Assembly (NCBI GenBank): GCA_050011565.1
Contig: JBEKIW010000005.1
Location: forward strand, 1-64,000
Reading direction: 5' to 3'
DNA: 64,000 bases
Source: Dehalococcoidia bacterium
GTDB lineage: Bacteria > Chloroflexota > Dehalococcoidia > GIF9 > UBA5629
Shown here piece after piece: positions 18,548 through 28,716 of the stretch (position 1 is the stretch's first letter; each line of letters starts with the position of its first letter). Made by a program: the position numbers and the translations under genes. The notes under the pieces were generated by a model. It was not told the origin of the DNA, searched no databases, and saw only the letters and a program-made list of their open reading frames with translations.

Positions 18548-21500
18548 TTAATCTCTAACTATGGACGAACGGCGTTTAACTTGATGCCGTTCCAGGGGTA
18601 ATGTAAACAGAAAAGTGGCACCGCGGCCAGGTTCGGACTCCACCCACATACGACCGCCATGAGCTTCTACCAATCTCTTGCAAACCAGAAGGCCTAATCC
18701 AATACCTTTTACTGTACTATCTTGAGAAAATCCCAGTCGCTCGAATGGCTTAAATAACTTGTCCTGGTCATGCAGCGAGATACCTATCCCCTGGTCTTTA
18801 ACTGCCACCACCAAACTTTCCTTTTCCGGTTTGATGGAGATTGTTATCTGACTATCTTTTGGCGAATACTTAACTGCGTTTTCCATAAGATTACGCAATA
18901 TGTGTTCCAGCCTGACCGGGTCGGCATAGATCTTTGGCAGCTTCGACCGAACATCTATAATGAACTTTTGACTTGAAGATTGCTGTCTTATCCTATCAAC
19001 CACATCTTGCACCAGCGCTTCAATGTTAATTGACTCTCTATGAAGCAGGAGGCGCTCTGATTGAGCTCTGGAAAGTTCAAGAAGATTCGACAATAGATGA
19101 GACAGTGACTCTGCTTCCCAAACTGCATCCTGCAGCAGTTGGCTTCTTTCCTCAGCAGATAGACGTGTTTCTTCAGTTAATATTGTATGCAGAGCCCCGA
19201 TAATAACAGTCAGCGGCGTACGCATCTCGTGCGATACTAAACCGATGAATTCGTCCTTCAACTCGTCTAATTTTTTCCGTCCGGTAATGTCGCGGAGAAA
19301 TACAAAAAACCGCCCGCCCTTGGTATCCATATAATTGGCACTGACTTCGATATCGACAATCATACCGTCCTTGCACCGGTGGCGAGTCTCAAAGCGATCC
19401 GAACCAAGCTCCACCATTCTCTGAATGTGTTGAATAGTATCTTCTGCCGTTTCTATCGCCTCTACATTTCGGACGCTCATATTTAGTAGCTCTTCTCGAC
19501 TGTAGCCGACTAGGTTGCAATAGGCGTCGTTCACGTCCAAGAAACGGCCATCTTTGTCTGTGAGCCAGAAACCATCGATGGCTGTGCTGATAATAGCTTT
19601 TATTTCCTCCTCTGCTCGTTTGCGTTCGGTAGTATCAATCAAGGACAATACCAATCCTTCCACCTTGCCTGAAACATTCTTTACCGGTGTGAGCGTCCAA
19701 TCCCAATAGGTAATGCCCCTCTCTGGCTGATCGGAAAACACAAAGGGTTTATCCCGGAACTCTACTGCCTTTCCGGTATCTCTTACCCGTTTAAATATGG
19801 CCAGATTCTCCTCGTCAGGGAAAAGAGCAAAGTGATTTTTACCTGGCAAGTCCTCAACAGGATATCCGGAACCCATTGCGTAAGCGGAATTAACCCTAAC
19901 AAAATTAAACTGTGGGTCGAGATATGCTAGATGGGTGTTTGTATTTTCGATGGTAATCTGCAGTGTCTCCTTCTCCCTGGTTAGCGCTTCCTCTGCTTGC
20001 TTACGTTCGGTTATGTCCTGGCCTTGAGCGATAGTAGCCACGATAGTCTTGCCGTCCACAGCGTACACATTAGCCGAGTTCCATAGAACCGTACGCACCT
20101 CCCCCTTAGCACCGACAATAGGTATTTCAACCGTTTCCCATCGTTCCCCGGTCAGAGTGCGGCGAATCTTTTTTAGGGATGACCGCCGGCTTTCCTCTGG
20201 AAAAAGTATATCTAATTTTTTACCTACCACTTCATAAGCCTGCTGTCCCGTAAGGCTTTCAAAAGCATGATTAAATCGTGTAATGCGAAATGACGGGTCC
20301 CATACAATGATGGGAGCATTGGCATATTCCAACAAGTTATTTAAGTAGTCGCTCGTTTCTCGCAGCGTTTTCTCGGTTTGCTTGAGCTGTGTGATGTCGC
20401 GGTTGACCATCACCATTCCCACCCTATTCCCGCTGCTGTCTTCCAGCGCGCTTGCTGACACAAACATATAAACGGCAGTTCCATCCTTTCTTCTATGGAT
20501 AAGCTCTCCGTTCCAAATTCCCTTTTTAGAAATTTCTGTGAGCGCCTTCTCTCTGGTGTCGCCGATAAACGTCCCCTTGAGGATAGCGGACAATGGCTTG
20601 CCTATGACCTCTTCAGGGGCCCAGCCATATGCCCTCTCCGCAGCCCTGTTCCAGGCCTGAATATTTAAATCCAGATCGGTAGCTATAACGGCGTCGGAGA
20701 CATTGTTCAGTAAATTTGCCTGGTACTGGAGCGCGTCCTCTGCCAGCTTGCGCTGCGTGATATCAGCGATGGCACCTACAATATGGATGGCACGTCCGTT
20801 TTCATCACGAACAATTTTTGCAGTATCCTCCACAAAAAGATAGTGACCCTTTTTGTGCCGCATACGGTATTGAAGACGATAGCCCTGAGCGGTATTAATA
20901 ATTTCTGACAGTTGTGTTCTGACAACTGCGAAATCGTCGGGATGCATCTGGCTGTACCACCAACGTCGAGTTAACGAAACCTCGTCGGACCTATAGCCGA
21001 GAAGCTCTTCAAAACCGCTAACAGCGATTACCTTGCCTGTGTCAAGAGAGATATCATAGACCGTAGTATGGGAAGCGGCGGACGCCAGCCGGAATCTCTC
21101 CTGGCTCTCCAGAAGAGCTGTCTTCGAAATGCTGTATCCTGACCTCTCTAAAAGCTCCCATTCCCCTTCCTGTTTAATAAGAGCAAACTCGTGATTTCTG
21201 ACAACATCAAGTACATCGGCAGCATTGCACTTATCAAGGCAATAGGTACATAGCGCCAGCATCTTATATTGGCCTATAACATCGCTAACGGCCGCTTCGT
21301 AATCCGTGAAATTTTCCCAGTCTTTTCTTTCAAGCCAGCAGGTGTTGCCGGTTAGTCGCAAGCCGGAATAGCCCTTAGCCAAAGCTTGATTCAGTTTATC
21401 TATCCAACCATCGAGCACTCTCTGTAAGTCGAAAACACCGTCTTGGAGATACCATTTATCATTGGGCATTATCTCTATCTGGCCTTTGGCCAAATATTGA

Positions 21501-21730
21501 GCAAAATCAGGCATTCTTTTTACCATAGCCCTTTTTGCTTCGCTAGAGCTTAATGGTTCAGCAGTAATCCACATGCAAAATTCATTACTTTTCAAGCCGG
21601 TTTCAAAATAGGGGACCAGAATATCAAGTAAATCTTGTTTGCTCTTATAGAACTGGCAAAAGTGAGTACCCCAAGGTACACCGCCAATTACTTTACTTCC
21701 CGTTTCTCTAAGTTCCGTCACCCTAATCAC
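18548..21730 (-). CDS. Cytoplasmic MEDS + multi-PAS histidine kinase
   Basis: PWGTHFCQFY...ALCTY (MEDS); ~5 PAS/PAC units ending DIT/DTT; SHEMRTPL; GIGLGL. Confidence 0.9.
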   Translation of the reverse strand: MIRVTELRETGSKVIGGVPWGTHFCQFYKSKQDLLDILVPYFETGLKSNEFCMWITAEPLSSSEAKRAMVKRMPDFAQYLAKGQIEIMPNDKWYLQDGVFDLQRVLDGWIDKLNQALAKGYSGLRLTGNTCWLERKDWENFTDYEAAVSDVIGQYKMLALCTYCLDKCNAADVLDVVRNHEFALIKQEGEWELLERSGYSISKTALLESQERFRLASAASHTTVYDISLDTGKVIAVSGFEELLGYRSDEVSLTRRWWYSQMHPDDFAVVRTQLSEIINTAQGYRLQYRMRHKKGHYLFVEDTAKIVRDENGRAIHIVGAIADITQRKLAEDALQYQANLLNNVSDAVIATDLDLNIQAWNRAAERAYGWAPEEVIGKPLSAILKGTFIGDTREKALTEISKKGIWNGELIHRRKDGTAVYMFVSASALEDSSGNRVGMVMVNRDITQLKQTEKTLRETSDYLNNLLEYANAPIIVWDPSFRITRFNHAFESLTGQQAYEVVGKKLDILFPEESRRSSLKKIRRTLTGERWETVEIPIVGAKGEVRTVLWNSANVYAVDGKTIVATIAQGQDITERKQAEEALTREKETLQITIENTNTHLAYLDPQFNFVRVNSAYAMGSGYPVEDLPGKNHFALFPDEENLAIFKRVRDTGKAVEFRDKPFVFSDQPERGITYWDWTLTPVKNVSGKVEGLVLSLIDTTERKRAEEEIKAIISTAIDGFWLTDKDGRFLDVNDAYCNLVGYSREELLNMSVRNVEAIETAEDTIQHIQRMVELGSDRFETRHRCKDGMIVDIEVSANYMDTKGGRFFVFLRDITGRKKLDELKDEFIGLVSHEMRTPLTVIIGALHTILTEETRLSAEERSQLLQDAVWEAESLSHLLSNLLELSRAQSERLLLHRESINIEALVQDVVDRIRQQSSSQKFIIDVRSKLPKIYADPVRLEHILRNLMENAVKYSPKDSQITISIKPEKESLVVAVKDQGIGISLHDQDKLFKPFERLGFSQDSTVKGIGLGLLVCKRLVEAHGGRMWVESEPGRGATFLFTLPLERHQVKRRSSIVRD

Positions 21731-21957
21731 TGGCTCCTAATGAATAGGTGGCAGCTTCTGTCAAAAGACATCCTGCTACCTGAAGTTTGAATTACTTGAT
21801 TCTTCATTATCACCAACTGTATTTTAGATTTAAGCTTAGGTCGGGTCAAGAAAGAAGGCACCACATCTACTGGAAACAGACTCACTACAAATCGTTGACA
21901 TTCGCCAGGTGACAGGGCTACTATGTTATAGTAGGGCGTTCATCTTAGGATCATTTC

Positions 21958-22650
21958 ATGGATAAGTTCTGCATATTATTGGTAGATGACGAAGAGCGCA
22001 TCATCAATTTCCTCAGAGCCAAGCTCAAAATTTCGGGATATGATGTACTTGTAGCCACAAATGGCGCTGAAGCTCTGGAGCAATTCCGGGCTCACGAGCC
22101 TGACCTGGTTGTCCTTGACCTGGTCATGCCCAAGATGGACGGTTTCGAGGTACTCAAGGAACTGCGTAGCTTTTCGTCGGTACCTGTCATTATTCTGAGC
22201 GCTAAAAGAGCTGACGTTGATAAAATCAAAGGCCTCCATCTAGGTGCCGACGATTACTTGCCAAAGCCTTTTAATCCCGATGAACTGCTCGCCAGGATTG
22301 AGGCAGTAAAACGCCGCCTGGAACCGGCTGAGAGGCGCAAGACAAGCGAAACCATCTCATTCGGCGATGTGGTGATGGACTTCAAGACTCATTCTGTTTC
22401 TGTTAAGGGCAGAGCAGAGTATTTGACCAGAATCGAATGGCTATTATTGAGTGAACTCGCCCAAAACGCCGGTCGCGTTATGCTTTACGAAGAACTCCTT
22501 TCCAGAGTATGGGGTCCGGAATACCGCGACGATGTTCAGCTCCTCAGGACATGGGTTAGCCGTCTAAGATCCAAACTGGAAGAAAAACACGATGAGCCCA
22601 AGCTCATCCTCACTATGCCCAGGGTGGGCTACATCATAAAGCAACCCTGA
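21958..22650 (+). CDS. OmpR/KdpE-family response regulator
   Basis: DLVVLD, KPF, VWGPEY, RVGY; divergent from the kinase. Confidence 0.92.
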   Translation: MDKFCILLVDDEERIINFLRAKLKISGYDVLVATNGAEALEQFRAHEPDLVVLDLVMPKMDGFEVLKELRSFSSVPVIILSAKRADVDKIKGLHLGADDYLPKPFNPDELLARIEAVKRRLEPAERRKTSETISFGDVVMDFKTHSVSVKGRAEYLTRIEWLLLSELAQNAGRVMLYEELLSRVWGPEYRDDVQLLRTWVSRLRSKLEEKHDEPKLILTMPRVGYIIKQP

Positions 22651-22725
22651 GCCACTCAATTACCTGGAAAATCCCCAGCTAAAGTATAGCCAACTGCCAG
22701 CCATTCAGTTCCACCTAACCTCTTT

Positions 22726-22792
22726 AATGTTATAATTTTTTAATTTTTTTTACTGTAGTTTTATGACTTTTTAATCACCCGCTCGGTATCAT
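22726..22792 (+). promoter_or_regulatory. Shared phased-repeat promoter, copy 4
   Basis: AATGTTATAATTTTTTAATTT...TTTTATGACT-18 nt-TATCAT. Confidence 0.65.
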
Positions 22793-22833
22793 GTACTCAT
22801 ATCTCAAACAATTCCTTTAAATGTGAGGGTGCT

Positions 22834-23109
22834 ATGTGCATTAGAGCTTATCTGGTATTACAGACCGACGGCGATAAATCCCAAGGGATAATCAGCGACT
22901 TGCTCAACAAGCCGGGTATAGTAACAGTGGATCAGTTGGAAGGTTCACCTAACTTGATTGTAGTAGTCGAAGCCGAGAAGCGGCAGGAGCTCGTTGGATC
23001 TATCGTGCAGGCTCTTGACTTAGTCGAGTCCATAACCAAAGACTTACGCTTTTTCATAGGTCGCGAGAGTCATCTTTCTATCCTGGCTGAGGTTACGGAT
23101 GTAAAATAA
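22834..23109 (+). CDS. Stand-alone Lrp/AsnC ligand-binding-like domain protein
   Basis: RAYLVL...PGIVTVDQLEGSPNLIVVVEA pattern; no HTH. Confidence 0.6.
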   Translation: MCIRAYLVLQTDGDKSQGIISDLLNKPGIVTVDQLEGSPNLIVVVEAEKRQELVGSIVQALDLVESITKDLRFFIGRESHLSILAEVTDVK

Positions 23110-23134
23110 GGATAACAGAACAAGGAGGTTGAAA

Positions 23135-23350
23135 ATGGCTATATCAGGCAAATATGGTAAGTTGACTATCCCGCGCGTAGGCGAGGAGGAACCCGTATTT
23201 ATTCTCCGAGCCCAGGACAGACTCGCAGAGCCGGCTATAGAGATGTACCGCCTGCTAGCAGCTTCGCATAGCAGCCAATTGACCGGTGGTCTGCAAAAAG
23301 AAATTGACAGATTCCGTAACTGGAAGGGCACCAAAAAGTTGCCCGACTAA
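23135..23350 (+). CDS. Small hypothetical protein (EPVFILRAQD motif)
   Basis: 71 aa; AAGGAGG SD. Confidence 0.7.
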   Translation: MAISGKYGKLTIPRVGEEEPVFILRAQDRLAEPAIEMYRLLAASHSSQLTGGLQKEIDRFRNWKGTKKLPD

Positions 23351-23493
23351 TAATGACTGTAAGTTGGCGGTTGCCCTGCCCCCAGGAGCAAAGTCCGATG
23401 GCTTGAAAATCTGAGGAGCGCCATGGCACTATATGTGGAGCGATAGAATTTGCGGCAGAATAATCAGGGATTCGGTAAGGAGGCTATCATAAG

Positions 23494-23547
23494 ATGTATG
23501 ATGTAGTGATTATCGGTGGAGGACCCGCCGGCATTCAGTCAGTTTAG
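23494..23547 (+). pseudogene. N-terminal stub of a thioredoxin-reductase-like flavoprotein
   Basis: AAGGAGG SD then MYDVVIIGGGPAGIQSV*. Confidence 0.7.
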
Positions 23548-23580
23548 GACATCGAAAATAAATAAAAAGGGAGGTTCAAA

Positions 23581-24159
23581 ATGGCTTACGAGGCAAAAGA
23601 CTACAGCAAATTGTTGGGGATGGAGGGTTTCAGCGATACGTTGCTGAACAATCATTTCACACTCTACAAGGGTTACGTGACCAACACTAATAAGGTCATG
23701 GACACACTGGCAGCCATGTTGAAAGATGGCAAGACCGGCACACCCGAGTATGCTGAACTCAAGCGGCGTATGGGTTGGGAATTCAACGGTATGCGGCTGC
23801 ATGAGTACTACTTTGAGAATCTCGGTGGCAAAAAGGCCCTGGACATGTCCGGGAAGCTATCCAAAAAGCTGGCCCAGGATTTCGGCAGCTACGAAGCCTG
23901 GCTCCAGGATTTCAAAGGCACTGGGGCTATGCGTGGTATCGGCTGGGCGATCCTTTATCAGGACAATATGAACGGTAAGCTTATTAACCAGTGGATTAAT
24001 GAACATGATGTTGGCCACCCCGCCGGCTGCGTTCCCGTCTTGATATTAGATGTCTTTGAGCATGCCTTTATGATCGACTACGGCTTAAAGCGCGCCGATT
24101 ATATAGAAGCTTTCTTGAAGAACATCAATTGGGCTGCAGCCGAGAGCCGGCTGAAATAA
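23581..24159 (+). CDS. Fe/Mn superoxide dismutase family protein
   Basis: His ligands in HFTLY and LHEYYF; DVFEHAF. Confidence 0.9.
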   Translation: MAYEAKDYSKLLGMEGFSDTLLNNHFTLYKGYVTNTNKVMDTLAAMLKDGKTGTPEYAELKRRMGWEFNGMRLHEYYFENLGGKKALDMSGKLSKKLAQDFGSYEAWLQDFKGTGAMRGIGWAILYQDNMNGKLINQWINEHDVGHPAGCVPVLILDVFEHAFMIDYGLKRADYIEAFLKNINWAAAESRLK

Positions 24160-24210
24160 TAGACCCTTAAATGAAGCTCTATGTTGTTAATTTAATATCG
24201 GAGGTAAATC

Positions 24211-24561
24211 ATGGGTACTTTTGTTTCGGTGGCTAAGACCGGCGAGCTTAAGAATGGAGCTATGAAGCAGGTGAATGTACAAGGACGTGAACTTCTCATT
24301 GCCCAGGTGCGTGATAAATATTATGCTACCGACAACCGCTGCCTTCATATGGGAGGCAATTTGTCACAGGGTAAGCTGGAAGGCACGGTGGTAACCTGCC
24401 CACGTCACGGTTCTCAATTCGACCTGCAGGATGGGCACGCGGTCAGGTGGCTCAAAGGCTCAGGTGTAGTCTCCTCTATTACTAAAGCGCTCAAAGGGAA
24501 TAAGCAGCTTGGCACCTACAAAGTAAAGACCGAAGGCAACTCGATAATGGTGGAAATATAG
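24211..24561 (+). CDS. Rieske 2Fe-2S ferredoxin
   Basis: CLH...CPRHGSQF. Confidence 0.9.
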   Translation: MGTFVSVAKTGELKNGAMKQVNVQGRELLIAQVRDKYYATDNRCLHMGGNLSQGKLEGTVVTCPRHGSQFDLQDGHAVRWLKGSGVVSSITKALKGNKQLGTYKVKTEGNSIMVEI

Positions 24562-24635
24562 CGCCGCCCTACCTGCAGGCATTTCTATTTTTAAGGCGAA
24601 TCGAAATACCTCACTGTTTCTGAGCGCTAACGGTA

Positions 24636-25394
24636 ATGAAACTTGTCATTTTTGACCTGGACCAGACGCTGGTAGACCTTATATCTGTACATGATGCCAC
24701 AGTGCAAGAACTCTTCAAGAGCTATTTTGGCGTAGATGCCAGCCTCCGTGAGATTGATTTTGCCGGCAGGAGCCTGACCGAAAACTTGGCCGAACTAGCC
24801 AGGTTAAAAGGTATAGTGCACAGCGAGTTCATGGAAAAAAGTAAGTTGTTACTCGAACGTTACGAAAAAATTTTCCAGGCGAAGCTTCCCCCGACTGCGT
24901 CAAATTATATTCTGCCCGGAGTTAAACCCCTGTTGGACGAATTATCTAAAACTCGCAATTTAGTCGTATTATATACTGGAGATTCGCCCGGTGTTACTCA
25001 GCGTGTTTTAGAGGTTACCGGTTTAGGCAAATACTTCAAGTTCTCAGTGTACGGTACGGAAGCCAATAGCCGGGTAGAGCTGGCTCAAATGGCAATAAAA
25101 AAAGCCGAACAATTAACCGGCGCCAGATTTAAGGGCAAGGACGTCGTGATAGTTGGTGACTCCGTGCGCGATGTCGAATGTGGAAAGCAACTCAATGCCC
25201 TGACAATCGCCGTGGCTACTGGTTTCCATTCGGAAGAAGAACTGCTAAGTAAAAAACCGGACTATTTATTCGAGAACCTCGAAAACTATTGGAAAGTGCT
25301 CAAGATAATCGAAGAACTTCCCAATCATAGTATGGCACCAAAATTAAGTAGCCAATATCGTGAGAATCGGCGAAACGGCGGAGGGAATCTATAA
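24636..25394 (+). CDS. HAD-family hydrolase
   Basis: FDLDQTL, VGDSVRD. Confidence 0.88.
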   Translation: MKLVIFDLDQTLVDLISVHDATVQELFKSYFGVDASLREIDFAGRSLTENLAELARLKGIVHSEFMEKSKLLLERYEKIFQAKLPPTASNYILPGVKPLLDELSKTRNLVVLYTGDSPGVTQRVLEVTGLGKYFKFSVYGTEANSRVELAQMAIKKAEQLTGARFKGKDVVIVGDSVRDVECGKQLNALTIAVATGFHSEEELLSKKPDYLFENLENYWKVLKIIEELPNHSMAPKLSSQYRENRRNGGGNL

Positions 25395-25396
25395 CA

Positions 25397-26764
25397 ATGG
25401 AAAAATATGATGTGGTTGTCATAGGCTCGGGTTCCGGGATGGTCGTTGTGGAGGAGGCGTTGTCTCACGGATTAAAAGTGGCCCTGGTGGATAGCGGGCC
25501 TACCGGGGGGACTTGTCTTAATACGGGCTGCATACCGTCGAAGATGTTAATATACGCCGCTGACAGGATAATCGAGGCGCAAGAGGCAAAAAAACTAGGC
25601 GTAGTCGCGGAGATAAAAAATATCGACTTCAACTTTATAATGGAACGCATGAGAAAGAACATCGCCGGCTATCGAGACAGAATGAGAAAAGGGCTTTCAG
25701 AAGTCGAGGGCTTGAGCTTTTATGAGGGCGAGTCTCGCTTTATTAAGGATTATACGCTCGAGGTCAATTCGAAAACGATAGCGGGAAAAAAGTTCTGTAT
25801 AGCTTCCGGCTCGAGAATATCTGTACCTCCAATAAAAGGCTTGAGTAATATCGATTATTTGACAAACGAAACCGTGCTGCAACTTAAAGAGAAACCCGAG
25901 AGTATCATAATTATCGGCGGCGGATATATCGCTGTAGAATACAGCCACTTCTTCGCCTCCATCGGCACCAAAGTCACCATCCTCGAAATGGCCAATCGAC
26001 TTATCTTGAGCGAGGAACCTGCTATATCTGAGCTTCTTAAGAAAAAATTAAGCCGGCGTATGGAAGTCCATACCAACGCTTTGGTGGAAGCGGTAAAGAT
26101 AAAAAACGGTAATTGCGTGGTCGTGGCTAAGGATACGAACACCGGCGTACAAAAGGAATTTACCGCCCTGAAGTTGCTGGTTGCCGTGGGCAGAAGGTCA
26201 AATGCAGACCTGCTAAAAGTGGAAAACACGGGTGTGGAAACTGACAGCCGGGGCTACATAAAGGTAAATGAGTATATGGAAACAAGTAAGAAAAACATAT
26301 ATGCGGTGGGGGATGCCAATGGTCAGCAGATGTTCACTCATGTAGCCAACAGGGAAGCTGGAGTGGCAGCCAATAATATCTTGCATGATTCAAAGGAGAA
26401 AATGAATTACCGTGCCGCTCCTCATGCTGTATATTCTCATCCACAAATTGCGTCCGTGGGGCTAACCGAAGAAAACGCTAAAAAAGACCATACTATACTG
26501 GTGGGAATCGCTGAGTACTCTAACATCGCCAAAGGACAGGCCATGATGGAAGAGGACAGCTTTGCCAAGGCAATCGTGGATAAAAAAACTGAGAAAATAT
26601 TGGGTTTTCACATCATCGGCCCCAACGCGCCGGAGCTTATTCAAGAGGTGGTCAACACCATGGAAGCCAATGGCACCATTGGTAACATAATGTCCGGAAT
26701 GCACATTCATCCGGCGCTTTCTGAATTGATACAGCAGGCGCTGGCTAATCTAGCAGAAACATAA
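25397..26764 (+). CDS. Pyridine nucleotide-disulfide oxidoreductase (dihydrolipoamide dehydrogenase/mycothione reductase-like)
   Basis: GGTCLNTGCIPSK, GGGYIAVE, HIHPALSE. Confidence 0.9.
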   Translation: MEKYDVVVIGSGSGMVVVEEALSHGLKVALVDSGPTGGTCLNTGCIPSKMLIYAADRIIEAQEAKKLGVVAEIKNIDFNFIMERMRKNIAGYRDRMRKGLSEVEGLSFYEGESRFIKDYTLEVNSKTIAGKKFCIASGSRISVPPIKGLSNIDYLTNETVLQLKEKPESIIIIGGGYIAVEYSHFFASIGTKVTILEMANRLILSEEPAISELLKKKLSRRMEVHTNALVEAVKIKNGNCVVVAKDTNTGVQKEFTALKLLVAVGRRSNADLLKVENTGVETDSRGYIKVNEYMETSKKNIYAVGDANGQQMFTHVANREAGVAANNILHDSKEKMNYRAAPHAVYSHPQIASVGLTEENAKKDHTILVGIAEYSNIAKGQAMMEEDSFAKAIVDKKTEKILGFHIIGPNAPELIQEVVNTMEANGTIGNIMSGMHIHPALSELIQQALANLAET

Positions 26765-26864
26765 GCACGAAAATATTGTGTCCAATTGCTTTGACAAAGG
26801 AAAAACACTGCAACTGAAGTGAGGATTGTCGCCAGGCTAAGCGCTGTTCAAACCAAGCTCGTCT

Positions 26865-27110
26865 CTAATCAAGGGATAAAATAATCTCCGCTTTTATTTT
26901 AGTCAGCCCGATTTTCTTACAGGCCCTCCACCGCTTCTCTCCGTCTATAATCTGAAAGGAGTATCCGGCCATCTCGACGATGATAGGCTCTCTCATTCCA
27001 TTACACTTGATATCATCACAAAGGCCAAGAATAATATCTTCCTCAAAGATAAGCCGCCGGTTAGGTAGAATTTTATCGATTCTTACCTGTCTTATCTCTC
27101 TTACCACCAT
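26865..27110 (-). CDS. Stand-alone ParB/Srx N-terminal domain protein
   Basis: GMREPIIV...IIDGEKRWRA. Confidence 0.7.
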   Translation of the reverse strand: MVVREIRQVRIDKILPNRRLIFEEDIILGLCDDIKCNGMREPIIVEMAGYSFQIIDGEKRWRACKKIGLTKIKAEIILSLD

Positions 27111-27133
27111 CGTCGTGCCTTTTATTATACTTG

Positions 27134-27415
27134 CTAACCGAATTTGTGGCTAACTCCATAGCCACCCTTAGGAAAACGCCATTCAATATTCAACTTGGCA
27201 CAGCCAATCCGGCAAGAACCGCACTCAAGGCAGCCCTCGTAATTAACAGTGATATAGTCCTTTTCCACACGATAAACATTCGCCGGACACAGGTAGAGAC
27301 ATGCCTGGTCACGGCATTCATCTATACATTTCTTATTGTCGATTATCCGCAAATGACTTACTTCATCAACCTTAAAACGGTCTAAAAACAATTTGTCTTG
27401 TACGCTGACATTCAT
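27134..27415 (-). CDS. fixX: FixX ferredoxin-like protein
   Basis: CPANVY, GCLECGSC, PKGGYGV; ATG overlaps the fixC stop. Confidence 0.88.
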   Translation of the reverse strand: MNVSVQDKLFLDRFKVDEVSHLRIIDNKKCIDECRDQACLYLCPANVYRVEKDYITVNYEGCLECGSCRIGCAKLNIEWRFPKGGYGVSHKFG

Positions 27416-28716
27416 CTTGTAGCCCTCCATGCTTGCCATATTAATCGAACGATTCGAGGAATAGGCATGTCCTTACTAATTTTCGCTAGTATTGACTTCT
27501 CTTTATCCTTTTTGCTGACGCCATTAACTGTAATTATCTCCCTGGCTCCAAAAGATGCAAGCTGGGGCAATTGAGTAAATATCTCCTTATGGCGATAAAG
27601 AAAACCGCCCAGCCTTCGGTATTTTCTCAAATCCTTAATGACGACTGATTTAGAAAGTCTGTCCCTATAGCTTCTCAGGCCCGTCTCTGAATAATCATCA
27701 AGTTTGAAAGCTTCTATGATGGCCTCGGCTGCCATCTTCCCTGATGCCATCGCCAGATTGTTGCCTTCTCGGTGCAAGGTATTGAATAGCATTGCTGAAT
27801 CTCCGGCAATAAGGTAGCCGTCGCCATAGAGTTTCGGGATTGCATCGTATCCACCCTCAGCCAGCCAATGAGCAATATACTCCATAGGCTTGCCTCCGGA
27901 AATCAAGGGGGCTACCATCGGATGCCGTTTGAGATTCTCAATCAATTCATGGGGCTTGAGCTTAAAGGCGGCAAAGTCGGCCAGGTTGGCTCCTATCCCC
28001 AATGACAAAGAGCTGTGATTGGTATAAATAAATGCCACGCCATCCATACCGCCGGTCACTTCACCCAGTATCTCAATAGTTACGCCTTCACGCTCCGAAA
28101 TACCAAAACGCTCACCGATAGTCTCAGTGGGTAGGCTAATGACCTCCTTAACTGCCAGCGCCACCTGCTCCGGTTTCGGTTCGGTTCGAAATCCGGTGCG
28201 GGCTGCCAGCGGGGAGTTGATACCATCTGCCAGCAGAGTAACCTTAGCCCGGACCTCTCCGTCATCTCTCTGCGTAACAACTCCGGTTACGGAACCCTTT
28301 TCATCGCGAAGAAGGTCGGTAACCACGGTCGACGGTACAATGAGAGCACCTTTACGACGTGCCTGGTCAGCATACCAGCGGTCGAACTTAGCTCTACTGA
28401 CTGTAAAGGCATTGTATTGCCGGTCGGTACCAAAGATGCGGTCGCGATAACTGAGACTGAAGCCGCTGTCTTTAGACAGGTACCATATACGTGATTCGAC
28501 TATATTCCTTTCAACAGGACAACCTTTCTCGATGTAATCAGGTATTATCTGGGCCAGGTCGTGCCCGTACAGGACACCGCCGGAAACGTTTTTCGACCCG
28601 GGATGTTCACCTCGCTCGAGGACAATAACTTTTTTACCCGCCCCGGCGAGTATGTACGCGGCAGATATACCGGCGGGACCGGCTCCGACGATAGCTACGT
28701 CAAAGGTTTCTTTCAC
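27412..28716 (-). CDS. fixC: FixC/ETF-linked flavoprotein oxidoreductase
   Basis: GAGPAG, GSKNVSGG, RAKFDRW, GDSA, EGNNLAM. Confidence 0.88.
   Translation of the reverse strand: MKETFDVAIVGAGPAGISAAYILAGAGKKVIVLERGEHPGSKNVSGGVLYGHDLAQIIPDYIEKGCPVERNIVESRIWYLSKDSGFSLSYRDRIFGTDRQYNAFTVSRAKFDRWYADQARRKGALIVPSTVVTDLLRDEKGSVTGVVTQRDDGEVRAKVTLLADGINSPLAARTGFRTEPKPEQVALAVKEVISLPTETIGERFGISEREGVTIEILGEVTGGMDGVAFIYTNHSSLSLGIGANLADFAAFKLKPHELIENLKRHPMVAPLISGGKPMEYIAHWLAEGGYDAIPKLYGDGYLIAGDSAMLFNTLHREGNNLAMASGKMAAEAIIEAFKLDDYSETGLRSYRDRLSKSVVIKDLRKYRRLGGFLYRHKEIFTQLPQLASFGAREIITVNGVSKKDKEKSILAKISKDMPIPRIVRLIWQAWRATR

Noticed and set aside
23351-23476. Possible ncRNA or selenoprotein ORF between the small gene and the trxB-like stub
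   Set aside because: No convincing stems, SECIS-like hairpin or recognisable reading frame
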